Shown piece by piece: positions 9,847 through 19,278 of a stretch of 45,282 nt of DNA. Position numbers and translations under genes: made by a program. The notes beneath the pieces are model-generated. The model worked only from the letters and a program-made list of their open reading frames with translations, did not search any database and was not told the DNA's origin. How positions within the stretch are numbered: the first letter of the stretch is position 1; each line of letters starts with the position of its first letter. Location: positions 1-45,282 of the forward strand of contig CAXHAT010000043.1 in the NCBI GenBank assembly GCA_964014485.1, written 5' to 3'. The stretch comes from an uncultured Deferribacteres bacterium. GTDB taxonomy: Bacteria > Zhuqueibacterota > Zhuqueibacteria > Zhuqueibacterales > Geothermadaptataceae.

Positions 9847-10297
9847 TCAGGAAATAATTTCGGAAAGTTTTCGCCGAACTTTAGCTAATAAATCGCCGGG
9901 TTTTATGATCATCAAACCCAGGTCAGACGGAGGGCAAAAAATCTTTCGTATTGAAAGTGACGATGAACTCTGCTCGGATTTCAGCGGCGGCTGCAAGAAT
10001 CAACACGTCTTTTTCATGCGCCATTTTGCTGAATAGTTCTCGTTTCTGTTCAGGGGGATCATCAATAAGCGTTAGTGAGCTTTCGATTATTTTTTCAAAG
10101 GACGGCATGGTGTGCGGGAGCTTGAACTGAAGGTTTTTGCGGCACTCTCCAGTTGCTTTTTGAGAAATAAATCCTTGAATAAGCCCAAGTTCTGAGAGTG
10201 GCAGCAAAACAAAAGCGGCTCCGGTTTTTGACGCCGAACCTGCAATTATGGCATCCGCATCAAAAAATACTTTGATGAAAGGAATTTTCGATTCCAT
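9847..10297 (-). pseudogene. PIN-domain toxin, apparently frameshifted near its 3' end
   Basis: VFFDADAII..KD..IL..VTFNTKDF motifs; ORF stops at 9923, but removing one base from the 6-nt A/T run restores ..IIKPGDLLAKVR.. ending at 9847. Confidence 0.7.
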
Positions 10298-10316
10298 AAA
10301 TTTTTAAACGCCGCTA

Positions 10317-10562
10317 TTATTTTTGATCGCGTAAATCATGAACGGCTTCGATCAGTTCCGCGAGCGAGACGTTATTTTCTTCCCGTAATGCTTCAATTTG
10401 AGCGGCAAGTTTTTGCAAAACAGAAATTTTGGGACTTAGGAAAATGCCTTCTTCGAGATCGACAAGCGTCATTGGGTCGTCTTCGTCGAGTTGATAACGG
10501 TTGCGGATTTCCACCGGCAACGTCAACAAGCCTCTTTTGCGGAGTTGAATTGTTTTTGTCAT
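10317..10562 (-). CDS. AbrB/MazE-family antitoxin
   Basis: RKRGLLTLPVEIRNRYQLDEDD signature; directly upstream of the PIN gene. Confidence 0.88.
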   Translation of the reverse strand: MTKTIQLRKRGLLTLPVEIRNRYQLDEDDPMTLVDLEEGIFLSPKISVLQKLAAQIEALREENNVSLAELIEAVHDLRDQK

Positions 10563-10667
10563 AACTTTTCCGACTTTCGAAAAAATGCTTCAAATAAAAC
10601 TAAAAGTCACTAAAGCGAATTTTAAAACAAAGCTTATCACGCTCTTTTTTCTGCTCGTCCATTGTTC

Positions 10668-10842
10668 GCATGGTATTTCCATACAACAATCGTTGCCGGA
10701 TTTCGCCTACAATATCTCACCCAATGCCTACACATTTCTTTTGTCCGCCGCGACTATGCTCGGCGTGTCGCTTCTGACCGTTAGTTATCAATCCACCAAA
10801 GCCGCACTGACAAATCCAGTGCAGAGTTTGCAGTGTGAGTAA
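10668..10842 (+). pseudogene. Remnant 3' end of an ABC permease gene
   Basis: QQSLPDFAY..LLTVSYQSTKAALTNPVQSLQCE matches the C-terminus of 7430..9844 (QQWLQDFAY..LLTVSYQSIKAALTNPVKSLQCE). Confidence 0.85.
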
Positions 10843-10867
10843 ATTTCGGAGTCAAAAAACAGGACGA

Positions 10868-10896
10868 TTGCGTTTTTCCGCCTATTTCGTTATATT
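10868..10896 (+). promoter_or_regulatory. Putative sigma-70 promoter
   Basis: TTGCGT-N17-TATATT upstream of 11170. Confidence 0.45.
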
Positions 10897-11169
10897 GACG
10901 CTTGAAAAACGGAAAAATAAAGCAGTAACGATGCGTGATTAAGTTCGTAAGAGACGAAGAATCAAGAGCTATAGCGCATCCTGATTATTGACTCAATCTG
11001 CAACTTCGGGGTCTACTTTATTATTTTCATTTTCATAATGACCTTCTTTGGACGACCCTTTCAACAAGTAGATTATATTTATGGAAAAGGGGGTTGGTAA
11101 AAATCGAATATTTACAAGGAAAAGGCGTTTTTCATGCAATGATCCATTTACTTACATTTGGAGGATTAA

Positions 11170-11988
11170 ATGAAAATAAAGGATACTTTTTTGGTTGGTT
11201 GTGTTATTGCTGTTTTTCTTGGTCTTGCTGGAGAAAGTTGTAATAAAGATGCACAAAAAACACTTACTCCTGAAGAATACAAAAAAGAAGATATTGAAAA
11301 AAAACTGGCCGCTTTGACGATTGCCCTTGAAGCGAATTTAAAGTTCAGAGAATTTGGCATATCATGTGGATATTTTCGAGAGCTAAAAAGCAAAGTAATT
11401 ATTATTCCTTTAAAGAAAGAAGTCATTCACGCTGCGGTTGAATACAAGGCCGCCTTAGAAGGATTGTCAGATGAGCATAAGGAACAATTGCTGCGAAAGA
11501 ACTATCAGGAGCTTATCAATGCGAGTACATCGACTTTTATTTTCCTAATTGCAAATAATGACTTAAAGAATGATGAAATAGTCTATTTTAAGACTATAAA
11601 TGATGGACTAACTTTAAAAACAGAAAACGGCAAAGAGTATAAACTTAAAAAGTTCACACAAAATTTTTCAACCTACCTTAACCCTGGGTGGAATCGAGGT
11701 TATTTGCATTTTGATAATTTCAGAAATGAGCTCAAAGGCGTTACGCGGACGTACTCTGTTCATTTTGATGGCTTTACTTTAGCTTGCGGCGATAAAACTC
11801 AAACAATTACCGCATGGGCTTTTGAATTCGAAGAATCTGAAATCGACTATTTGACTCTTTTAGAAGATGGTTTGAAAATCGATGAGATAAGAGATCAATA
11901 CGTTGAAACCAGCTACGCATCCATCGGAATAAATAGCGCTGAAATATTGGATATAATTAAGTTTATAATTAAAGTATTACCCAAGTGA
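11170..11988 (+). CDS. Hypothetical exported protein, AT-rich
   Basis: GGAGG RBS; hydrophobic N-terminus followed by Cys; no family recognised. Confidence 0.75.
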   Translation: MKIKDTFLVGCVIAVFLGLAGESCNKDAQKTLTPEEYKKEDIEKKLAALTIALEANLKFREFGISCGYFRELKSKVIIIPLKKEVIHAAVEYKAALEGLSDEHKEQLLRKNYQELINASTSTFIFLIANNDLKNDEIVYFKTINDGLTLKTENGKEYKLKKFTQNFSTYLNPGWNRGYLHFDNFRNELKGVTRTYSVHFDGFTLACGDKTQTITAWAFEFEESEIDYLTLLEDGLKIDEIRDQYVETSYASIGINSAEILDIIKFIIKVLPK

Positions 11989-12126
11989 CCTACACGCTTA
12001 ACCATAAATCAGACATCAATTTTGCACAATCAGTTGAATCATTTTCGTCATATCTTTTGGCTTTTTGAAAGCCAAAAAGCTTAAGATTAGCTTTTAAAAA
12101 CGACAGCCCCAATTTTTAAATCTCGG

Positions 12127-12233
12127 CGTTCGAAACCGAACGCCGGTTGTCCTGCCAGCGAATACCCTCCTCATTTTGGTCTTCCATTTTCGTTTCAAAC
12201 TCTGCATGAAAACAGATTGGTACAAATGTTGGT
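12127..12233 (+). promoter_or_regulatory. Putative sigma-54 promoter with tandem upstream activator boxes
   Basis: CGTTCG-N4-CGAACG (12127-12142), second box 12148-12164, and TGGTACaaatgTTGG at 12218; spacing identical to 7241-7347. Confidence 0.6.
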
Positions 12234-12290
12234 CTTTGACATCGGCTCAATGTACCAAACGAGAGTTCTCAAAACCTGCCGAGGCGGATC

Positions 12291-14711
12291 ATGTTCAAAA
12301 ACGACTTTAAAATCGCGTGGCGCACGCTTGTCAGACAGCCTGCTTATTCAATCATCAATATCAGCGGGCTGGCGATCGGCATGGCGTGCTGCATTTTGAT
12401 CCTGCTCTTTGTGTACGACGAGTCGAGCTACGATCGTTTTCATGCCAAGGCGGAGCGTATCTACCGCGTGGTGACCGACGTAAATCTCGGCGGCGGCCCG
12501 CGCGCCTTTGCCATGGCCCCGTCCGGACTGGGGCGAACCGTCGCGGCGGAATTGCCCGAGGTAGAATCTTTTACACGCATGGCGGACATGCAGTTCGTTC
12601 AGGGCGAAACGTTGGTCAAAATCGGCGATCAACGATTAAATGAAAGCGGCGTGCTGGTCGCCGATTCCACATTTTTTGAAATGTTTTCCTATGAATTTCT
12701 GAGCGGCGACGCCGAAACCGCGCTCGATGCGCCCGGCTCCGTCGTCATCACCCAAGAAACCGCCCGGCGATTGTTTGGCGACGAAGGTGCGATCGGCAAA
12801 ACAGTCGAATTGGCGTTGCAAGGCGAGTTTCATGTCACTGGCGTGGTGAAAGACCCGCCGCGCAATTCGCATTTCACCTTCAACTACATTTTTTCAACGA
12901 CGCGCCTGCAAGGCATTGCGCAAGAAAATCTCAATACCTGGCGCGGATTCGCCGGATACACTTATCTCTTGCTCGCGGAAAACGCCGATGTTGAAGCGAT
13001 AATTCCCAAACTCAACGAGGCGGTAAGCAACAACATGACGCTGCCGCCGGGCGCGAGCTTCAATCTCTCCCTGCAAAAGCTCACCGACATTCATTTGCAT
13101 TCCCACCGCGAATTTGAGATCGCGGCGAACGGCGAAACGAGCACGCTGTACATTTTTTCGGCCATCGCGGCGTTTGTGCTGATCATCGCCTGCATCAATT
13201 TTATCTCGCTGGCAACAGCCAAATCAAGCAGGCGCGCTCGCGAAATCGGTCTGCGAAAAGTTTTTGGCGCGTATCGCGGTGAATTGGTCAGGAAGTTCCT
13301 CAACGAATCGATTCTCCTGAGCTTGTTTGCATTATTGTTCGCCGTCTTTCTCGTCGAAATCAGCCTGCCGGTTTTCAATGCGTTCATGGGAAAAAGCATC
13401 ACTTTTATGTCGCAAATTATGGCGGATCCGGTTTTCGTGCTTGTCGTCTTGTTCGGCGTGGTCGCTTTTGTCGGATTTGTTGCGGGCGGCTATCCGGCGT
13501 TTTGGCTGTCGGCGTTTCAGCCCATCGTCGCGCTAACGGGACGCTTGACGCGCGGACAAAAATCAGCGACGACGCGCAAAACCTTGGCTGTCGTACAATT
13601 CGCAATCTCCATTTTTCTCATTGCCGGGGTCATCACCGTCATCCAGCAATTGCGGTTCATGAAAAACCAGCCGCTTGGTTTTGAGAAAGAGCAGATGCTC
13701 GTTCTCGAAATGCAAAAGCACATTCCCGTGCAGAAATACGCCACGATCACCAATGAATTGACGCGAATTTCCGGCGTTGAAGCCGCAACGTTAACTTCAA
13801 GCATTCCGGGACGCGGCGGCGTGATCCGGCGCTATCTCGCGGAAGGGCAGTCGGATGGCGAGAGCCACGCGTTCGATACCATTTTGTCTGATTTCAACTT
13901 TGCCTCGACTTTTGATCTGGCTTTGGCTGCCGGACGCGATCTTTCAGCGATAATGGCGACCGATTCCAGCGACGGTTATTTGATTAATGAAACGGCGGCG
14001 CAAAAATTTGGCTGGGCGGCCGAGGAAGCCGTCGGCAAGCAATTTACGATTTCCGTTCGCTCGGAAATGGGGACAGGGCGCGTGGTCGGCGTATTGGAAG
14101 ATTTTCATTATACCTCGCTCAAGCAGGCCGTCGAGCCTGTGGTGGTCAAGTTCGACGAACAGGCGGGTTTTTCCGGCGGCTATTTGTCCCTTCGGCTCAA
14201 TACGACCAATTTAAAAACAACGCTTGCCGAACTCGAAGAAGTCTGGCGAACACTCGAACCGGAGCAAACATTCGATTACTTTTTTCTGCGCGACGATTTC
14301 GAACGACAGTACCGCGCCGAGGAACGATTGAGCGCGATGGTTTCAGTCAGCGCCGGACTGGCGATTTTCGTCGCGTGCCTGGGCCTGTTCGCCTTTGCGG
14401 CGTATAGCGCGGAACAACGCACGAAAGAAATCGGGGTGCGCAAAGTGCTCGGCGCCTCAGTCGCCAGCGTCGCCAATTTGCTCACTAAAGATTTTGTCAA
14501 GCTCGTGTTATTTGCAAATTTGATCGCATGGCCGGCGGCGTGGCTCGCCATCGAAAACTGGCTGCAAGGTTTTGCTTATCGCGTCGACATCGGATTTTGG
14601 GTGTTCTTTCTGGCGGGCGGATTGACTTTGGTCATCGCGATTTCAGCGATTGCCGCGCTTACAATCCGCGCTGCGTTGGCGAACCCGGTGGAAGCATTAC
14701 GCTATGAATAA
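12291..14711 (+). CDS. MacB/FtsX-family duplicated ABC transporter permease
   Basis: MFKNDFKIAWR; IACINF..RAREIGLRK; EQRTKEIGVRKVLGAS; NPVEALRYE. Confidence 0.93.
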   Translation: MFKNDFKIAWRTLVRQPAYSIINISGLAIGMACCILILLFVYDESSYDRFHAKAERIYRVVTDVNLGGGPRAFAMAPSGLGRTVAAELPEVESFTRMADMQFVQGETLVKIGDQRLNESGVLVADSTFFEMFSYEFLSGDAETALDAPGSVVITQETARRLFGDEGAIGKTVELALQGEFHVTGVVKDPPRNSHFTFNYIFSTTRLQGIAQENLNTWRGFAGYTYLLLAENADVEAIIPKLNEAVSNNMTLPPGASFNLSLQKLTDIHLHSHREFEIAANGETSTLYIFSAIAAFVLIIACINFISLATAKSSRRAREIGLRKVFGAYRGELVRKFLNESILLSLFALLFAVFLVEISLPVFNAFMGKSITFMSQIMADPVFVLVVLFGVVAFVGFVAGGYPAFWLSAFQPIVALTGRLTRGQKSATTRKTLAVVQFAISIFLIAGVITVIQQLRFMKNQPLGFEKEQMLVLEMQKHIPVQKYATITNELTRISGVEAATLTSSIPGRGGVIRRYLAEGQSDGESHAFDTILSDFNFASTFDLALAAGRDLSAIMATDSSDGYLINETAAQKFGWAAEEAVGKQFTISVRSEMGTGRVVGVLEDFHYTSLKQAVEPVVVKFDEQAGFSGGYLSLRLNTTNLKTTLAELEEVWRTLEPEQTFDYFFLRDDFERQYRAEERLSAMVSVSAGLAIFVACLGLFAFAAYSAEQRTKEIGVRKVLGASVASVANLLTKDFVKLVLFANLIAWPAAWLAIENWLQGFAYRVDIGFWVFFLAGGLTLVIAISAIAALTIRAALANPVEALRYE

Positions 14712-14806
14712 AAATTCCATCAGCAAAAAACAGGATCGCATTCCTATTTTTTAGGCTGTTTGTTAGGAACGCATTACTATTTCAGCATAATTTTGGATTA
14801 TCTATC

Positions 14807-14910
14807 AACGCAGAGACTCGGAGTTCGCAGAGCTTCGCGGAGTTTTACTTAGGTTGAGTATTCGATTTATTTACCTCAGCGCTTCTCAGCGTCCTTTGCG
14901 TCTCTGCGTT
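14807..14910. repeat. Intergenic inverted repeat (CGCAGAG family)
   Basis: aacgcagagac...cgcagag facing ctcagcg...ctttgcgtctctgcgtt. Confidence 0.65.
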
Positions 14911-14995
14911 TTAAAAAATCTTGTCAAAAACCTGTGCTCGAATGCGTTTCGAGCATGGCGGGGAATCGATTGTCAATAACCAGCGAGGGAGAGAA

Positions 14996-17398
14996 ATGTT
15001 TAAGAACTATCTCAAAATCACGTTTCGGACTTTGGCCAAGTATCGCGGTTTTTCATTGATCAACGTTATCGGGCTGGCGTTGAGTATGGCCGTCTGTCTG
15101 ATCATCATTCTGTTCATACGCGAAGAGACGAGCTTTGATGATTTTCATCAAAACAAAGACCGCATTTATCGCGTGAATTCGAACGTGAAATACCGGAACG
15201 GCGTCGACGCTCTCGCTGCCTCCCCCGCGCCTATGGCCGCCGCGCTCAGGAACGATTACGCCGGAGTGGAAAACGCCGTTAGCCTGACGCGATTCGAATC
15301 CGTGGCGATTCACGATGAGAACAACCTTGCCATTGGCGGCGTCGTTGCGGAGCCAAATTTCTTCGACGTTTTTGATTTTAGGCTCCAGGCGGGAAATGCG
15401 GAAAATGCGCTGCTCGAACCCAACACAGCAGTGCTCAACGATGAGGCGGCGAAAAGGCTTTTCGGCGAGGAAAATCCGGTTGGAGCAACCGTCGTTCTCG
15501 ACGGCCTTGGCAGTGTGAAAATTACCGGCGTCTTGGCCGAACCCGGCGGCAGATCGCATTTCGACCGTTATCTGGGAATTGTCGTCTCCTATGAATCACT
15601 GCGAGCACTCGGCGATCCGCGCAACAATCCGAACGATTGGCGCGGCAGCATCGAACGCTTTTACACTTACATTTTGCTCAAGGAAGGAACCCGGCGCGCG
15701 GAAATCGAGGCCGCCTTTCCGCAAATCGTCGACAAATACTTCCCGGAAGCCGAACCGGGCGACGTCGGCTTCTTCCTGCAAGCGCTCACTGGTATTCGAC
15801 AGGGGCCAAGCCTATCCAACAAACTCGAGCGTCAAACGCCGCCTGCGCTGCTCAACATTCTCTCCGCGTTGGCCGTCATTCTCGTCATCGCCGCGTGCTT
15901 CAATTATATGAATCTTTCAGTGGCCCGGTCGCTGAAGCGGACGCGCGAGGTCGGCATTCGCAAGGTTGCGGGCGCTTTTCGCCGCCAAATCATCCTGCAG
16001 TTTATCGGCGAGGCGGTTGTCGTCTCCTGGATTGCGCTGATTATCGCGCTCATATTTCTGGAAATGTGGTTTATCCCGGCGTTCAATGACATGTGGCTGG
16101 TGCAAGTCTATCTCGATACCAACATCTCGCTCGACGTCTTTACCAACGCCTCCACTTTGCTCGTTTCCCTTGCCTTCTCCACGACTGTGGGATTGCTGGC
16201 CGGGCTGTATCCTGCTGTTATTTTTTCTTCCTACCGACCCTCCGCCGCACTAAAAGGCGCAACCGGTGTAAAAGGCTTTTTCGGCATGACGCTGCGCAAA
16301 TCGCTGATTGTCATCCAATTCGCATTGTCGATCATTTTCATCATTTCGACGCTGACGATTTACCAGCAATCCGAGCACATGTTGGCGGCGGACTATGGCT
16401 TTGACAAAGAGCACGTTCTGAATGTTGCGCTGCAAGATCAATCCTATGACGTTTTGCGGCACGAATGGATGAGCAACCCGAAAATCGAGAACGTGTCTGC
16501 CGTCTCACTGATTCCCGGCACCGGCGACCGCGAACGAACTTACCTCAAACTCGACGGCCAGGACGAGCCGGTGTTGATGACGTTCCTGTCCACGGACGAA
16601 AACTTCATCGCCAATCTCGACGTTCCACTTGTGGCCGGCAGAAACTTCTCCAGAGCATCAGCGGACGCGCCGGGCTCTTCCTTGATTTTGAACAAGAAGG
16701 CGGTCGAGCAATTACAACTCGGATCTCCCCAGGAAGCGCTTGGCAGGATTTTGACGAACAAAGAGAACAAATCGCTCACCGTCGTTGGGGTGATCGAGAA
16801 TTTCTACAACATGCAATTGGGCGTCACCGGCGCGTTGGTCTTGATCAATGATCCGGCGCGCTTCAACTACGCCAATATTCGGATCGCGCCCGACAACATG
16901 CTCGGCACGGTGACTTTTATCGAGGAAACCTGGCAAAAAGTCGTTCCCAACCGCCCCATTCAGCACAGGTTCTTCGACCAGCAAATTACGGCGCAATTCG
17001 CTGAATTTCGCGACTACATCAAGGTGATTGCGACGGGAGCTGGGTTCATCGTGCTCATTGCTTGTCTCGGCCTGCTCGGCATGGCGACTTACAACGCCGA
17101 AACGCGCCTGAAGGAAGTCGGCGTGCGCAAAGTGCTTGGCGCCAGCGTCTCAAATTTGTTGTTCCTGTTGTCACGGGACTTTCTCAAGCTCATCGTCATC
17201 GCCGCCTTTGTTGCAATTCCGTCGGCGTGGTATTTGAGCGACATGCTTTTGCAGAACTTCAACTACCGCATCGATTTGGGCGCGAGCGTGTTTATTCTTG
17301 GCGTTGGCGCGACGCTGGTTTTGGCCTTCATCACCGTCGCGTCGCAATCCGTCAAAGCGGCCGTCTCGAATCCGGTTGAGACGTTGCGATATGAGTAA
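14996..17398 (+). CDS. MacB/FtsX-family duplicated ABC transporter permease
   Basis: MFKNYLKI start after a purine-rich RBS; ACFNYMNL..RTREVGIRK; KEVGVRKVLGAS; NPVETLRYE. Confidence 0.93.
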   Translation: MFKNYLKITFRTLAKYRGFSLINVIGLALSMAVCLIIILFIREETSFDDFHQNKDRIYRVNSNVKYRNGVDALAASPAPMAAALRNDYAGVENAVSLTRFESVAIHDENNLAIGGVVAEPNFFDVFDFRLQAGNAENALLEPNTAVLNDEAAKRLFGEENPVGATVVLDGLGSVKITGVLAEPGGRSHFDRYLGIVVSYESLRALGDPRNNPNDWRGSIERFYTYILLKEGTRRAEIEAAFPQIVDKYFPEAEPGDVGFFLQALTGIRQGPSLSNKLERQTPPALLNILSALAVILVIAACFNYMNLSVARSLKRTREVGIRKVAGAFRRQIILQFIGEAVVVSWIALIIALIFLEMWFIPAFNDMWLVQVYLDTNISLDVFTNASTLLVSLAFSTTVGLLAGLYPAVIFSSYRPSAALKGATGVKGFFGMTLRKSLIVIQFALSIIFIISTLTIYQQSEHMLAADYGFDKEHVLNVALQDQSYDVLRHEWMSNPKIENVSAVSLIPGTGDRERTYLKLDGQDEPVLMTFLSTDENFIANLDVPLVAGRNFSRASADAPGSSLILNKKAVEQLQLGSPQEALGRILTNKENKSLTVVGVIENFYNMQLGVTGALVLINDPARFNYANIRIAPDNMLGTVTFIEETWQKVVPNRPIQHRFFDQQITAQFAEFRDYIKVIATGAGFIVLIACLGLLGMATYNAETRLKEVGVRKVLGASVSNLLFLLSRDFLKLIVIAAFVAIPSAWYLSDMLLQNFNYRIDLGASVFILGVGATLVLAFITVASQSVKAAVSNPVETLRYE

Positions 17399-17415
17399 CC
17401 GCGGTTATTCTTTTT

Positions 17416-17549
17416 TTTGACTGGACGAACGGGATTGATTGACAATGATTTTGAGGTGAGACGTTGCGAAGCCGAGATTCTCCTTGATCACAGAAATCAT
17501 GAGCGTCTTGAGAAGGCAATCCAGTCGATCCTGTTAATCCTGTCAGAAA
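17416..17549. repeat. Intergenic inverted repeat (GACAGGATT family, degenerate)
   Basis: ttgactggacgaacgggatt ... aatccagtcgatcctgttaatcctgtca; same family as 24596-24674. Confidence 0.6.
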
Positions 17550-17592
17550 TGAACGCCAAGCGAGAAGCGGATCTCCGATGAACAAGAATGCG

Positions 17593-18084
17593 CTATAGAA
17601 TTTGCAGGTTTTTGAAGTAATTTCGATAGAACCCCATGTCCCTTGTCAGCAGAGCGTCTGCTTCTTTCATGGCGTGAGCGGCGATAACAAAATCATTGAG
17701 GATGCGGCGTGGTTTGGTGAGCGCTTCCCCGCAGGCTGAACAGACATCTTTCGATTTTTGTCCACAGTTCGAGCAATAAATGTTGTCCAAGTCGGACTTG
17801 CTTGCTAATCGAACACGCTGGTTTCGCCAAGCTTGCCAAAGCTCGCTGGCATGGTATAAGACTTCCCGGCCACATGGAACGACTTCGATATCCGTATCAA
17901 GCAGGAATGCATCCAGGTCTGCCCGCCGCCTGAATTGCGCGCCAAGCTCCGCATAGACGATTTCACAGATGACAAGCCGACCGCCGGTCAAAGCGTTTTC
18001 GAGTTTATCGAGAGATTCTTTCAGAAAAGATTGGTTCGGAATCAGGACGTCCAGTAGAATATTTGTATCAACCGCGGTCGTCAT
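17593..18084 (-). CDS. VapC/PIN toxin with inserted CxxC-CxxC zinc-ribbon-like segment
   Basis: VDTNILLD, E..AE, DF.IAAHA, LLTRD motifs; CSNC..CSAC insertion. Confidence 0.88.
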   Translation of the reverse strand: MTTAVDTNILLDVLIPNQSFLKESLDKLENALTGGRLVICEIVYAELGAQFRRRADLDAFLLDTDIEVVPCGREVLYHASELWQAWRNQRVRLASKSDLDNIYCSNCGQKSKDVCSACGEALTKPRRILNDFVIAAHAMKEADALLTRDMGFYRNYFKNLQIL

Positions 18085-18309
18085 TCAGATGTCTCCACGA
18101 AGTTCTCTGACGATGTCATCACTCTTTTCACCGTCCAATTCTTTCAAAAAACCGATATACTTGCGCAGTTGGCCTTTCTTTTCCTTTTTCTCTAAAATCG
18201 CTTTCTCATCGATGAGCTTAAAAACAACTTCATCCCCTTGTTTCAATTCAAGAGCGTCCCTGATGGATTTCGGGATGGTCACTTGTCCTTTTTGCGTGAT
18301 TGCGGGCAT
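18085..18309 (-). CDS. AbrB/MazE-family antitoxin
   Basis: ITQKGQVTIPKSIRDALELKQGDEV; abuts the PIN gene. Confidence 0.92.
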   Translation of the reverse strand: MPAITQKGQVTIPKSIRDALELKQGDEVVFKLIDEKAILEKKEKKGQLRKYIGFLKELDGEKSDDIVRELRGDI

Positions 18310-18329
18310 AAATCACCTCAAACATAAGA

Positions 18330-18381
18330 GTAATACCGCCTGGTAATACCTTAGAATAGAAAATGAATTGTAACGATACAA
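18330..18381 (-). promoter_or_regulatory. Sigma-70 promoter and probable autoregulatory operator of the TA pair
   Basis: Minus strand TTGTAT-N17-TATTCT, followed by two copies of GGTATTAC (18330-18337, 18343-18350). Confidence 0.55.
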
Positions 18382-18450
18382 GCACTTTTCTTAATTGATG
18401 TTACACGCCGATCCAAGAATATAGCGTTTAGATAAAAACGTCCCTTTTAC

Positions 18451-18521
18451 GTCATTCCCGCGCAGGCGGGAATCCAGGAAAATGGCGCCGAACCACTGGA
18501 TCCCGCCTGCGCGGGAATGAC
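18451..18521. repeat. REP/dRS3-like inverted doublet
   Basis: gtcattcccgcgcaggcgggaatcca ... tggatcccgcctgcgcgggaatgac. Confidence 0.85.
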
Positions 18522-18648
18522 CAAAACAAGCGTTTCGGAGGGGCGAATAGGTCCAGTTTCAACCGCGTGATTGGTTTGGGTAAAAAGCAATGCATTGATT
18601 CTGTTGGTAGTGGATACATCAGCTCTGAAAAATTTTCTTTGGCAAACC

Positions 18649-19278
18649 ATGAAACCGCAAGCACAGATTTTGACACGACAACGTTTCTTCATTTTTAGCG
18701 TTCTGATTAGCCTTTCGGCGGTTTATAACGCCCAGGCTCAGCCATCTAATCGCCTCTCCGGATTCTACGGCGGCGCGGAAATCGGAACCATCAGCTACAA
18801 CACGCACATCATCTTTGACGGCGTTGACGACCCCGCAGGCCGCGGCGACTTTGGATATGGTTTCATCGTTGGCTACAATCATATTGCCAAAAACGCAATG
18901 GTTGGCGTGGAACTGCTCTATCATTTGGCGGCGGTCCCCGATCCTTATACATTTGATCCCGCCCTTGTCGGATTCTCAAAAATGGATCTGCGGCAAGCGC
19001 CCAACGCCGGGCTTGATTTTCGCGCCGGCTATCTCGCCACCAAGAATCTTTTGCTTTACGGCGCCGCCGCCGCACATTTTGGAACCTTCCGACTCGGCCT
19101 AGGCGTCGAGTATGCAATCCTGACCAAACTCAGCGTTCGATGCGCGTTCAGGTCGTTATCCGGTCATAAACTCAGCGCATCCGATTTCGGCACGATTCCC
19201 CAAGAGGCTTCCCTCAGACGATTTGACGTCGATCCCGCCCAACTACAATTTTTTAGCGGTTTGTTATTTCGATTCTAA
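18649..19278 (+). CDS. Small outer-membrane beta-barrel protein
   Basis: Signal peptide; GFYGGAEIG start; amphipathic strands; C-terminal GLLFRF. Confidence 0.72.
   Translation: MKPQAQILTRQRFFIFSVLISLSAVYNAQAQPSNRLSGFYGGAEIGTISYNTHIIFDGVDDPAGRGDFGYGFIVGYNHIAKNAMVGVELLYHLAAVPDPYTFDPALVGFSKMDLRQAPNAGLDFRAGYLATKNLLLYGAAAAHFGTFRLGLGVEYAILTKLSVRCAFRSLSGHKLSASDFGTIPQEASLRRFDVDPAQLQFFSGLLFRF

Noticed and set aside
10585..10842. 85-aa ORF as an intact gene
   Set aside because: Only its 3' part is permease-derived; the 5' part runs through the TA promoter region
18447..18692. ORFs ending VIPAQAG..WIPACAGMT
   Set aside because: Translation of the REP/dRS3-like repeat
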